NCBI GenBank assembly: GCA_041660005.1
Contig: JBAZXG010000003.1
Location: 64,835-128,834, forward strand
Length of the DNA: 64,000 nt
From: Patescibacteria group bacterium
GTDB taxonomy: Bacteria > Patescibacteriota > Patescibacteriia > GWA2-46-9
Direction: 5' to 3'
The notes beneath the pieces are model-generated. The model worked only from the letters and a program-made list of their open reading frames with translations, did no database searches and was not told where the DNA came from. This document shows, one piece after another, positions 35,502 through 44,460 of this stretch (position 1 is its first letter; each line of letters starts with the position of its first letter). The position numbers were made by a program, and so were the translations under genes.

Positions 35502-36206
35502 ATGGCTCTTGATACCGCAAAGCATAAAAATGTTCTCATAAAAATCCTCAAGGATATCTATACTGACGCAACCATTAGTCCGATCTTAGGATTTAAGGGT
35601 GGGACAGCTGCTACATTTTTCTATAACCTCGACCGCTTCTCGGTGGATTTGGATTTTGATTTACTTGATTCAGACAAAGAGAACTACGTGTTTGGTCGTG
35701 TTAAAGCAATTATTGAGAATTATGGCAAATTAAAAGAGTCACGAAAGAAAAGATTCAATCTTTTTTATATTCTTTCTTATGACGACAAAGATATTAACGC
35801 CCAAAACGTCAAGGTAGAAATTAATCGCCGTGAATTCGGTTCAAAATATTCGGTGGAATCATTTCTTGGTATCTCGATGCAGGTGATGGTGAAAGAAGAT
35901 ATGGTTGCACATAAACTTTGTGCTATGTACGAACGGATTGGTAAGACGAATCGCGACATTTTTGATGTTCAGTTTTTCCTTTCGCACGACTGGCCTGTTA
36001 ATAAAAAAATTGTTGAGAATCGTACAGGTGTCTCGTATGCAGAATTTTTGAAAAAGTGTATTGATGTAATGGAAAAATTCGATGACAGCAATGTACTTTC
36101 CGGTATGGGTGAATTACTCACTGAGAAACAGAAAGCATGGGCAAAAACAAAGCTTAAGTCAGAGGCGTTGTTTTTGCTTAGGTTAGCTCTGGAGAAGGAA
36201 AAGTAA
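35502..36206 (+). CDS. AbiEii/AbiGii-family nucleotidyltransferase toxin (DUF1814)
   Basis: LGFKGGTAATFFYNLDRFSVDLDFDLLD is the characteristic GGTA...R.S.D.D motif block; 234 aa. Confidence 0.85.
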   Translation: MALDTAKHKNVLIKILKDIYTDATISPILGFKGGTAATFFYNLDRFSVDLDFDLLDSDKENYVFGRVKAIIENYGKLKESRKKRFNLFYILSYDDKDINAQNVKVEINRREFGSKYSVESFLGISMQVMVKEDMVAHKLCAMYERIGKTNRDIFDVQFFLSHDWPVNKKIVENRTGVSYAEFLKKCIDVMEKFDDSNVLSGMGELLTEKQKAWAKTKLKSEALFLLRLALEKEK

Positions 36207-36309
36207 ACTTATATGCCAAATATAATCGCCGACAAAACCAAAAAACAGACTTACTATAAGTGCACTTCACTCACTATCCTCGGCAATAAGGTGATCACAG
36301 AATAGATTT

Positions 36310-36774
36310 ATGACTTCCTACAAACACACGCAAATTGGATATTTGATGCTGGTTGTCACGTTTTGTGTGCTGATGCTTTTCGCATGGGCTCAAATTACGG
36401 CCCGGCTTGAGCCACCCTCTGTCGACTCTGGAGCAAATTTTGCCGTTACGAGCATCATGGTATTAGTTCTGTTTATTCTTTCATCATTTGCGACGCTCAC
36501 AGTGTCGATTGATGAAAATTATCTTCGAGTTAAATTTGGCTATGGTATTTTCGCCAGGAAGTTTGAATTGAATCAGATAGCTTCAGTTAAAACAGTAAAG
36601 AATCACTGGTACTACGGATGGGGGATAAGGTTGTGGTTCTGGCCCAAAATGTGGATTTTTAATGTTTCCGGTTTTGATGCAGTCGAGCTCGTTATGAAAA
36701 ATGGAAAAATCTACCGCATAGGAACAGACGTTCCAGGAGAGCTTGAGACTGCGATCAAAGCGGTGTTAAAGTAA
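36310..36774 (+). CDS. Small membrane protein (two TM helices plus a soluble C-terminal domain), intact paralogue of 34492..34749
   Basis: 154-aa ORF beginning MTSYKHTQIGYLMLVVTFCVLMLFAWAQI, with a C-terminal beta-rich domain. No family recognised. Confidence 0.55.
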   Translation: MTSYKHTQIGYLMLVVTFCVLMLFAWAQITARLEPPSVDSGANFAVTSIMVLVLFILSSFATLTVSIDENYLRVKFGYGIFARKFELNQIASVKTVKNHWYYGWGIRLWFWPKMWIFNVSGFDAVELVMKNGKIYRIGTDVPGELETAIKAVLK

Positions 36775-36783
36775 TTTGGAATT

Positions 36784-37203
36784 GTGCCCACCAATAAACA
36801 AAAAATTCTAGAGTTCATCAAAGCACATCATATTGCCGTTGTTGCCACGACGGATACTGAAAAACCTGAAGCAGCAGTTGTTGAGTACGGCGAGACCGAT
36901 GAACTGGAACTCATTATTGATACCTTCATTTCTTCACGAAAGAGCAAAAATATTTTGCATAACCCAAACGTCGCTCTTGTCATCGGTTGGGACAATAACA
37001 TAACCCTTCAGTATGAAGGTGAGGCGACCGAACTAAAAGGTAGTGAGCTAGAAAAAAGCAAGGAGATATATTTTAAAAAGAACCCGCGTGCAAAAGAGTG
37101 GGACGGTCGTGAAGGAATAGTATATTTTAAAATCATTCCAAAATGGATCCGATATTCTGATTTGAATAAACACCCATGGGAAGTTTTTGAGATCAATCTA
37201 TAA
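36784..37203 (+). CDS. Pyridoxamine 5'-phosphate oxidase family (FMN-binding split barrel) protein
   Basis: IAVVATTDTEKPEAAVVEYG...NPNVALVIGWDNNITLQYEGEA...YFKIIPKWIRYSD fits the PNPOx-like pattern. GTG start. Confidence 0.65.
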   Translation: MPTNKQKILEFIKAHHIAVVATTDTEKPEAAVVEYGETDELELIIDTFISSRKSKNILHNPNVALVIGWDNNITLQYEGEATELKGSELEKSKEIYFKKNPRAKEWDGREGIVYFKIIPKWIRYSDLNKHPWEVFEINL

Positions 37204-37282
37204 ATGATTACTGGGTTATTAAACCTCTTTGATTTAGTACAATTTACAGGGTACACTCAGTTTCGATTGATAGGGTCAAAAT

Positions 37283-38215
37283 ATGATTGAAAAAAGAGGA
37301 CAATTTAATCCAGAGGTAAAGCTACCACCCGAAACTGAAAGCGACATGGCTTCAATTCGTTTGGAATTCTTTCGCCATGACGATAAAGAATCTGAAGCAG
37401 GTGACCCTTCGGTTCGTCTATCTCAACGTGGTCGGGTACATGCCACCGAAGCTGGCCTAACTAAAAATGCGCACGCGGAAGTCGCTTTAGCTTATGGCTC
37501 GTTAAAGGATAGAACAGCCGAAACAGCATTGCGACATGCGTTGGCGCGGCGAGAGGAAATTCAGCCAACGCACTCTTTGGAGGATATTCAGAGAATTGTT
37601 GATCAAGAATTAAATGTTGGGAAAAAAGGTAAAAAACTTATTAAAAACAGAGTATTACCGCAATTAAATTTGAATAATCGTGGTACGGCGCAATATCGTC
37701 AACAGTGGTTGCAGCACTACAAAGAAAGTAAGGATGCCTTGCGGTTTGTTTATCACGATAGTGATCGGTTAGCACAAGAGTTAAATGACAAAAAATCAAC
37801 TTCTTATTCCCGAGCAGCTGGTAATGTGGCTGAGTTAATTCAAAAGTATATTGGCATCCTGCCACGCTGGCAGGAAATTGTTAAACAGAATCCCGATAAG
37901 TACAAAAGATTCCGCGATGAGTTGCAGAGGTTTTTTTGTTCTCATCACGCCGTATTAGAGCCGTTCTTAATGAAAGTTATTGAACGGACCGAAGGGGAAG
38001 AGGGGGTTGAAAAATTTATTGAGTCGTTGCCAAACAAAAATGGGTTTGGTTTAAGTGAAGGTTATTCGGTTACCATAACAGGGCACGATGGTCAGCCCAC
38101 TGTTACTTTAAAGTACGGCGACAAGGAGTGGGTTATACCGACAGAAATGGTGAACGAAATTGTTCGAGAAAGAGATGAATTCAATCATCTGATAGATAAT
38201 AAATCTTCAGTATGA
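37283..38215 (+). CDS. Hypothetical protein, possible divergent histidine-phosphatase-superfamily member
   Basis: N-terminal IRLEFFRHDDKES...LSQRGRVHATEAG resembles the RHG...LT.G..QA motif block. The remaining ~200 aa are unassigned. Confidence 0.35.
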   Translation: MIEKRGQFNPEVKLPPETESDMASIRLEFFRHDDKESEAGDPSVRLSQRGRVHATEAGLTKNAHAEVALAYGSLKDRTAETALRHALARREEIQPTHSLEDIQRIVDQELNVGKKGKKLIKNRVLPQLNLNNRGTAQYRQQWLQHYKESKDALRFVYHDSDRLAQELNDKKSTSYSRAAGNVAELIQKYIGILPRWQEIVKQNPDKYKRFRDELQRFFCSHHAVLEPFLMKVIERTEGEEGVEKFIESLPNKNGFGLSEGYSVTITGHDGQPTVTLKYGDKEWVIPTEMVNEIVRERDEFNHLIDNKSSV

Positions 38216-38742
38216 AATTTATTTTTGTAAGGCACGGAGAAACGGATTGGAACAAAAAAGGTTTGTTGCAAGGTCATAATGACACAGAGTTAAACAAAAC
38301 GGGCATACAACAAGCGGTTCAGTTGTTGCCCACTCTGGAAAAATATCATTTTGACGTTATATACTCGTCATCCCTAAAACGTGCTTACGAAACAGCAAAA
38401 ATAATAAGTAATCACTTTAATGTGCCCATAATTATCAGCGATCACCTAAAAGAAAAGAATTTTGGCTCACTTGCGGGTAAAAGCTGGCAAGAAAACAGCG
38501 AAGCGACAGGAAAAGATTTAAAAACTATCGATCGGCGTCAGCAGTACGACTATAGTCCATATGGTGGCGAAACAGCAGAGGAAGTTAAGGCAAGAGTTAA
38601 AAAGTTTATTGAAGAGGTAAAAATAAGCGGTTACAAACAACCATTGGTTATTAGTCACGGAGGTATCATTAGAGTGTTGCGTCCTTATTCCGATGAGGTA
38701 CCGAAAGTTATGAATGCCTCGGTTCATCAATTTGATCTTTAG
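38212..38742 (+). CDS. Histidine phosphatase family protein (phosphoglycerate-mutase-like)
   Basis: FIFVRHGETDWNKKGLLQGHNDTELNKTGIQQA...SSSLKRAYETA...VISHGGIIR is canonical. The ATGA start overlaps the upstream stop. Confidence 0.85.
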   Translation: MKFIFVRHGETDWNKKGLLQGHNDTELNKTGIQQAVQLLPTLEKYHFDVIYSSSLKRAYETAKIISNHFNVPIIISDHLKEKNFGSLAGKSWQENSEATGKDLKTIDRRQQYDYSPYGGETAEEVKARVKKFIEEVKISGYKQPLVISHGGIIRVLRPYSDEVPKVMNASVHQFDL

Positions 38743-38751
38743 TGAATAATA

Positions 38752-39210
38752 ATGCGTACCATTAACCGAGACATCGTTTCTGTTTTGTTGCTTTCCAAAG
38801 AGGGTAAGTTACTTATTGGGCTGCAGTCTTTAAATGAATATAATGTTTACCCAGGATGTTGGGGTATTATCGGCGGAGGTGTCGACAACGGTGAAGACCA
38901 AAGAACTGCACTTAATCGCGAAGTATTAGAAGAGTCTGGTGTTGATATTCAAAAATACCATGCGGAGTTGATTGATGTAGCCGGTGGTGAAGCAGAAAAA
39001 ACTTTAAGAAACACGAATGAACGCGTTCTTGTAAAAATGAAGTTCCATGTTTACAGGGTCGTCATGGACGATAAAAACTCAAACGATATCACGGTAACGT
39101 TAAACGATGAGCACTCTGCATATCAGTGGCTATATTCATCTGAATTGAGTCAATTAAAACTTGCGCCTCCATCAGAAGCTTTATTTAAAAAACTTGGATA
39201 TTTGCAATAG
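38752..39210 (+). CDS. NUDIX hydrolase
   Basis: Nudix box GGGVDNGEDQRTALNREVLEESGV (G-x5-E-x7-REVxEExG). Confidence 0.85.
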   Translation: MRTINRDIVSVLLLSKEGKLLIGLQSLNEYNVYPGCWGIIGGGVDNGEDQRTALNREVLEESGVDIQKYHAELIDVAGGEAEKTLRNTNERVLVKMKFHVYRVVMDDKNSNDITVTLNDEHSAYQWLYSSELSQLKLAPPSEALFKKLGYLQ

Positions 39211-39221
39211 TGTAATTATCA

Positions 39222-39509
39222 ATGATCTCCCTACTCAAAAAACCGAGTGCCTGGATTCCAATAGTTATTCCGCTACTCTTTTTTGCCTATATAGTTATTG
39301 CAATTTCTTTTTTTGAAATAGTGCGAGAGAAAGACGAAGGAGTTGGTGCGCACCTTTTTCAGTTGTGGCTCCTCATTGAACCGTTTATGGTTGGATATTT
39401 TGCTATTCGTTGGTTGCCGCGTGCACCGAAACAAGCAGTTACGATTCTAGTCATTCAGGTTCTCGCTGCACTTTTGCCTATATCAACAGTTTTCGCTTTT
39501 AAGCTATAA
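39222..39509 (+). CDS. Small membrane protein, hypothetical
   Basis: 95-aa ORF with three hydrophobic helices. Confidence 0.4.
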   Translation: MISLLKKPSAWIPIVIPLLFFAYIVIAISFFEIVREKDEGVGAHLFQLWLLIEPFMVGYFAIRWLPRAPKQAVTILVIQVLAALLPISTVFAFKL

Positions 39510-39520
39510 AGAACGAAACT

Positions 39521-40348
39521 ATGAAAGTTCTGTTACTCGGAGCAAATAGTTATGTCGGTTCACGAGTTTATTTAGAACTAAAAAAGGATCATGAAGTAGT
39601 TGGCACATTTCACAACAAAAAACTTTTTACGAATCTCGTCTTTCTTGATGTTACCGATAGGCAAGCGGTAATGGATCTTATTATTAAAGAAAAACCGAAC
39701 GTAATCGTTCACTGTGCAAATCAGGCGAGTAATAGGTGGTGCGAAGAACATTTAGAAGATGCCGTTAAGATTAATCGGGAGGCAACAAAATTTATTGTAG
39801 AGGGGGCGAATATTGTTGACTCAAAAGTAATTTATGTTTCTTCCTTCGCGGCGATTTCTCCGACTAACTTGTATGGAATAATGAAAGAGGAGTCAGAACG
39901 GATGATTAAAACGGTTCGTTCGGGTTACGCAATAATCCAGCCGGGGGTAATAGTTGGTATTAGTCCAAAGATAAAAAAGGAAGATGGATTTTTTAGTTCT
40001 CTTATGGAAAATTTAAATGACAATAAGCCGGCCGAGTATGACAATATCAAAAAGTATCAACCAACCTATTTGGGTCATATTTGCGAAGTAATCAAGTTGA
40101 TTTTAGAAAGAGGTCTTTGGAATAAAACATTTCCCGTAGCATCACTAGGCGTTAAAACAAAGTATGAATTAGCAAAAGACATCTTATCTCCTTTTGGAAT
40201 AACAGTAGAAGAAGTTGAAGGTAGTCACACGATTACTAAGAAAAAGACACAAGGCCTAAAGGAACTAAACGAATCGAGTCTGCCGGTCTACACATATATG
40301 CAGACCATTGAGAAGGTTGTCGAAGAAATTAAAGCCAGTAACTGTTGA
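39521..40348 (+). CDS. NAD-dependent epimerase/dehydratase (extended SDR, RmlD-like)
   Basis: N-terminal Rossmann MKVLLLGANSYVGSRVY and a YxxxK-type region (NLYGIMKEESE). Confidence 0.65.
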   Translation: MKVLLLGANSYVGSRVYLELKKDHEVVGTFHNKKLFTNLVFLDVTDRQAVMDLIIKEKPNVIVHCANQASNRWCEEHLEDAVKINREATKFIVEGANIVDSKVIYVSSFAAISPTNLYGIMKEESERMIKTVRSGYAIIQPGVIVGISPKIKKEDGFFSSLMENLNDNKPAEYDNIKKYQPTYLGHICEVIKLILERGLWNKTFPVASLGVKTKYELAKDILSPFGITVEEVEGSHTITKKKTQGLKELNESSLPVYTYMQTIEKVVEEIKASNC

Positions 40349-40351
40349 ACT

Positions 40352-40963
40352 ATGAAAATCTTCCTCGCCACAACCAACGGTGGGAAAATTGAGCGGCTTA
40401 CGAAACTACTAAAACAGATCAACGTAGACATTGAAGTTTATACTCCGGCAGATTTACACATAGAAATTCCCGAAATTGTGGAAACTGGAAAATCTTTACT
40501 CGAGAATGCAAAGACTAAGGCCCGCGCATATTTTGGCAAAGTTCAAATGCCTATTCTTGCAAACGACACAGGTTTTTATGTAGAGGGGGAGGGGTTCATT
40601 GATGCGCCTAAACGGGAAGCGCTTGGAGAGGCCAGCGAGGGTACGTTGTCCTTAGAAGAGATCTCTAAAAAAATGGCAGATTTTTGGAAAGGTATAGCCA
40701 TTAAACACGGCGGCAAAGTAGACGCGTCATGGATTGAATCTTTTGTGGTTCTCTACCAGGACGGCACAATGAAAGAAGCTGAGTCCCGTAGAGATGTTGT
40801 TTTGACGAACCAAGAGTTTGGTACACCGCACGTACAAATGCCGGTACGTGCCCTCTATTACTCAAAAGTCACTAATAAACCCGCCATTCAACATACTAAA
40901 GAAGAGGAGATTCAAGAGATGAAGCCGATCATAGATGCTTTAGTCAATGTGTTAGAATATTGA
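40352..40963 (+). CDS. Non-canonical purine NTP pyrophosphatase (Ham1/RdgB/ITPase family)
   Basis: MKIFLATTNGGKIERL...ETGKSLLENAKTKA...DTGFYV is a Ham1-like pattern. Confidence 0.65.
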   Translation: MKIFLATTNGGKIERLTKLLKQINVDIEVYTPADLHIEIPEIVETGKSLLENAKTKARAYFGKVQMPILANDTGFYVEGEGFIDAPKREALGEASEGTLSLEEISKKMADFWKGIAIKHGGKVDASWIESFVVLYQDGTMKEAESRRDVVLTNQEFGTPHVQMPVRALYYSKVTNKPAIQHTKEEEIQEMKPIIDALVNVLEY

Positions 40964-41029
40964 TTTTGGAAGCGTAGGGATGGTATTTGGCGCTTGACAG
41001 TAAATAACCGTTGTATATACTATAGATAT

Positions 41030-41305
41030 ATGAAAACTATTATCAACGTGAAAGCAGATAGGGACACAAAAATTAAAGCGCAACGTTTAGCAAAAGAGCT
41101 TGGATTACCTCTAAGCGTTGTTATTAACCAGTATTTAAAGGACTTTATACAGCAGGGTAAAATTACATTTTCGCAACCCTTGATGCCAAATACCAGAACT
41201 CGAAAGATGCTTGATCGGGTATTGGCTGACATCAAGAAAGGTAAGAATGTATCTCAGAGCTTTAACAATGCAAAGGATTTGATTGCTGACTTAAGAAAGA
41301 AGTAA
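41030..41305 (+). CDS. RelB/DinJ-family type II antitoxin
   Basis: ATG at 41030 in ORF 40994..41305. MKTIINVKADRDTKIKAQRLAKELGLPLSVVINQYLKDF is a ribbon-helix-helix DinJ pattern. The stop overlaps the toxin start. Confidence 0.75.
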   Translation: MKTIINVKADRDTKIKAQRLAKELGLPLSVVINQYLKDFIQQGKITFSQPLMPNTRTRKMLDRVLADIKKGKNVSQSFNNAKDLIADLRKK

Positions 41306-41565
41306 TGTTGGTGCGTTATCACCGAGACTTTAAGAAGCAGTTTCAGAAATTAACTTTAAAGCAACAAAGCCAGTTTGATGAAAGGTTGGCCATTTTTAGC
41401 AATGATCCTTTTGCGTCGCAGTTGAATAATCATTCATTGCGGGGTGTTTACCAGGGCTGTCGCAGTATAAATATTTCCGGTGATCTACGAGTGATCTATG
41501 TTGCTGACAATGAAGGCGTTGCGTTACTTATAGCCATTGGAACGCATAGCCAGCTTTATGGGTAG
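41305..41565 (+). CDS. RelE/YafQ-family type II toxin (mRNA interferase)
   Basis: 86 aa with FKKQFQKL...HSLRGVYQGCRSINISGDLRVIY...IGTHSQLY, the typical RelE/YafQ pattern. Confidence 0.8.
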   Translation: MLVRYHRDFKKQFQKLTLKQQSQFDERLAIFSNDPFASQLNNHSLRGVYQGCRSINISGDLRVIYVADNEGVALLIAIGTHSQLYG

Positions 41566-41567
41566 CT

Positions 41568-42113
41568 ATGATTAAAGTTGTAACTGTTCATGGCAGGTTC
41601 CAGCCGCCGCTACATAAGAATCACTGGAACTATATTAAAGCAGCTTTTGGCGTTGCAGAAAAAGTTATTATTCTTATCACTAACCCCAACCTGTCTGAAA
41701 AAGCTGTACCTGAAGCTGAACACAGAAATAAAGCTGATAATAATCCGTTGTCGTACGATGAGAGAGTAAAAATCTTTAAATCTTTTTTTGACAACATTGG
41801 CATCGCAAAAAATAGGTATGAATTCAAACCTTTTGATATTACCGACGAGAAGGAGTGGAGGAAGTTAGACAAGGGCACTCCAAATATGGTTAACGTGTAT
41901 AGTGACTGGAGTAATTCGAAGCTAGAAAAATTTAAAACACATGATCTTAAGGTTATTCGACTAGATCTTCAGCCGTTGGACGGTGTATCTGGAACACGTA
42001 TTCGTGAAATAATCTGGCGAAATATTGACGCATCTCAGATGCGAAATGAGTTGTTAAAAGCAGGGTATATGGAAGAAGCAATTCCAGGTCTTTTTGAAGT
42101 ATTGGGTTATTAG
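41568..42113 (+). CDS. Cytidylyltransferase-fold nucleotidyltransferase, NMN adenylyltransferase-like
   Basis: VHGRFQPPLHKNH (variant of GRFQP.H.GH) and a C-terminal SGTRIRE (ISSTxxR-like) motif. Confidence 0.55.
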   Translation: MIKVVTVHGRFQPPLHKNHWNYIKAAFGVAEKVIILITNPNLSEKAVPEAEHRNKADNNPLSYDERVKIFKSFFDNIGIAKNRYEFKPFDITDEKEWRKLDKGTPNMVNVYSDWSNSKLEKFKTHDLKVIRLDLQPLDGVSGTRIREIIWRNIDASQMRNELLKAGYMEEAIPGLFEVLGY

Positions 42114-42135
42114 TAAGAAGTGATATAATACTTCT

Positions 42136-43182
42136 ATGACAAACACTCAAAACAATCTTCATAGTTTCTGGCAGCGCACCTCGTGGCTTACGGTTATATT
42201 GGCAATTTTAACGGTTGTTACTTTCATTGCTGTATCGAACCCGGGTGTTCGATATGCGGTGCAACTCGGAACGCGAGGAGTAATGATGGAAAATGCAGGT
42301 AGCTCAGGGGCGGTGCCTTCGGTGCCTGCTGATGTTTCAACGAAGAGTATTGATGGATTGAACTATCCCGAACAAGGCATGATGGATTTGAGTTATCCGT
42401 ATCCATACCAAAATCCTGATGTACCAGTGACCGATACGCGTGAACTCATGAAAACCTATTACAGCGCGTCAATGAGGACTCGCGACGTGCAAGGTCTCAC
42501 GCGACGCGTTGAAACAACGGTTCGTGGGTACAGTGGGCGGATAGATCAGCAAGCAAGTTCGCCAAAATACGGTTTCATTAGTTTTTCCGTACCGCAGAGT
42601 AAGTACGACGCATTCCGAACCGAACTTGAAAGTATGGTTGGTAGCCGTTTCCTCACAGTTAATATCTCATCTCAAAATCTTTTACCGCAGAAGCTAAGTA
42701 TTGAGGAACAACAAACGCAGGCCGACAAGGCCCTAGCGGATTACACTATGGCACGTGAAGATATTACAACCGCGCATACAGCTGCCGTGCAATCCCTGCA
42801 GTCGAAAATTGACGACGATGAACAGCAATTGATTGCACTTCGAGCCAAACCAGAAACACCAAAAATACTGGCAGAGATACAGGCGGTGTCGAGTGACTTG
42901 GCATTACAGAAAAGGCGGCTCGATAGTGAAAACGCTTTGTATTCGACGCGTCTAAAAAACGCTGATAGGAATATTAAGTTTGCAGAGGATCGGCAAAAGG
43001 CAGTTCAAACGCAAGATAAGACACTACTGGACAACGTTGCAACGGTAACCGGCATCGTTTCTGTTCAATGGATTAGTTTGTGGAATACTGTTCTGCTCTA
43101 TCTACCCGGTTACTCAATTCCATCAATTTTTGCCGTACTGACGATTTTTTCAGTTGTTTGGGACCGCCGAAAACTTAGCTAG
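42136..43182 (+). CDS. DUF4349-like membrane-anchored protein
   Basis: N-terminal TM helix, a central domain plus coiled coil, and C-terminal TM helices. The architecture and the YYSASMRTRDVQGLTRRVETTVRGYSGRI segment resemble DUF4349. Confidence 0.45.
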   Translation: MTNTQNNLHSFWQRTSWLTVILAILTVVTFIAVSNPGVRYAVQLGTRGVMMENAGSSGAVPSVPADVSTKSIDGLNYPEQGMMDLSYPYPYQNPDVPVTDTRELMKTYYSASMRTRDVQGLTRRVETTVRGYSGRIDQQASSPKYGFISFSVPQSKYDAFRTELESMVGSRFLTVNISSQNLLPQKLSIEEQQTQADKALADYTMAREDITTAHTAAVQSLQSKIDDDEQQLIALRAKPETPKILAEIQAVSSDLALQKRRLDSENALYSTRLKNADRNIKFAEDRQKAVQTQDKTLLDNVATVTGIVSVQWISLWNTVLLYLPGYSIPSIFAVLTIFSVVWDRRKLS

Positions 43183-43184
43183 GT

Positions 43185-43991
43185 GTGCATAGCTCACTAG
43201 CGGACAAAGAGTTTAAAGAATTCGCAGAAGACTTCGCAAGGCGCGCAGGCGGTATAATGCGCGAGAACTTCAGTTTGGGTATGCGAAAAGACTGGAAGTC
43301 AGACGGCGGTCCCGTTACTGAGACTGACTTAAGTATAAATTCTCTTTTGATTAGCGAGGTTAAAAAACGATTTCCAGACCACAGAATTTTAGCTGAGGAG
43401 CAAAGCGATTTAAGTGGTAGTTCCCCTTATACATGGGTCTGCGATCCTGTAGACGGCACTATACCATTTTCGCACGGTATACCAATTTCAACTTTTTCTC
43501 TCGCTTTAACTAAAAATGGTGAGAGTATCTTAGGTGTTGTTTATGATCCTTTTCAGAGTAGACTGTACTCGGCAGTCAAAGGTGAAGGCGCCTTTATGGA
43601 CGGGAACAAAATGCATGTTTCAACGAAAGATCAATTGAAGTTGTCCGCCGGAGAATATGAGATGTTTGAGATGGCGAAATACGATGTTAACAAACTACAA
43701 GAGCGGCTAACAAACGAGGGGGTTAAATTGATGCGGTTGTGTTCTGTGGTTTATCCGTCAGTATTAGTAGCCGCTGGGGAACTGGCTTTCACGATTTTTC
43801 CTCACACCACAGCTCATGATGGGGCTGCAATTAAAGTAATCGTTGAAGAGGCGGGCGGAAAGGTGACAAATATTTTCGGTGAAGAGCAAGCGTATGATAC
43901 AGAAATTGAAGGATTTATTGCCTCAAACGGTTTTCTACACAAAACGCTAGTTGACCTGTGCAAAGAACTAGTCGTACCGCAAAAAAAATGA
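43185..43991 (+). CDS. Inositol monophosphatase family protein
   Basis: ILAEEQS...WVCDPVDGT...VEEAGG motifs. GTG start. Confidence 0.85.
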   Translation: MHSSLADKEFKEFAEDFARRAGGIMRENFSLGMRKDWKSDGGPVTETDLSINSLLISEVKKRFPDHRILAEEQSDLSGSSPYTWVCDPVDGTIPFSHGIPISTFSLALTKNGESILGVVYDPFQSRLYSAVKGEGAFMDGNKMHVSTKDQLKLSAGEYEMFEMAKYDVNKLQERLTNEGVKLMRLCSVVYPSVLVAAGELAFTIFPHTTAHDGAAIKVIVEEAGGKVTNIFGEEQAYDTEIEGFIASNGFLHKTLVDLCKELVVPQKK

Positions 43992-44000
43992 AGCAGTCTG

Positions 44001-44354
44001 TTATCTTCCCGCCTGCCTGGTGTTGAAAATGTTCGGAGAATAGAAACCAGTAAATTGCTTGACCCTATGCATGTCGCCTGTTTCGTAAAGTACGGCGGCG
44101 AGAACTTCTTGATCACTCAGAATAGTTACTCTTTCACGTAGTGCACAATAAAGCGCAACCTCAGCCGGTTCTAAGGCAATGCCTGTATATCGAGCCATGT
44201 TTTCAGCCTGCCCACGCGAATTTGGGTTAAGCACGAATTCAGGATTTCCCGTAAGCTCACGAGCAGCTTGAAGCACGTCCTGGTTGAATTGCGGGCGGCC
44301 TTCAGTTGTGAGACCTCCGGGCGCGCCTTCGTGATTTTCGGGAGAATCTATCAT
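44001..44354 (-). CDS. Hypothetical protein
   Basis: 117-aa ORF convergent with the IMPase gene. No family recognised. Confidence 0.35.
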   Translation of the reverse strand: MIDSPENHEGAPGGLTTEGRPQFNQDVLQAARELTGNPEFVLNPNSRGQAENMARYTGIALEPAEVALYCALRERVTILSDQEVLAAVLYETGDMHRVKQFTGFYSPNIFNTRQAGR

Positions 44355-44460
44355 AGGATAAATATATGTTGAGTCTGTGAATTTAGCAACCAGTCAGCAA
44401 TTTGGAGATATTAACTTTGGGCGATACAATGTTTTCATAACATTCAAGAAGAATACCTCT

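Noticed and set aside
34829-36275. Possible terminal inverted repeats around the AbiE cassette: AGTGAGCAAAGTCGCACT at 34829-34846 versus AGTGCACTTCACTCACT at 36259-36275.
   Set aside because: The match is only about 15/18 with an indel, and the same segments also align weakly in direct orientation. It is mentioned in the AbiE finding but not called as a mobile-element end.
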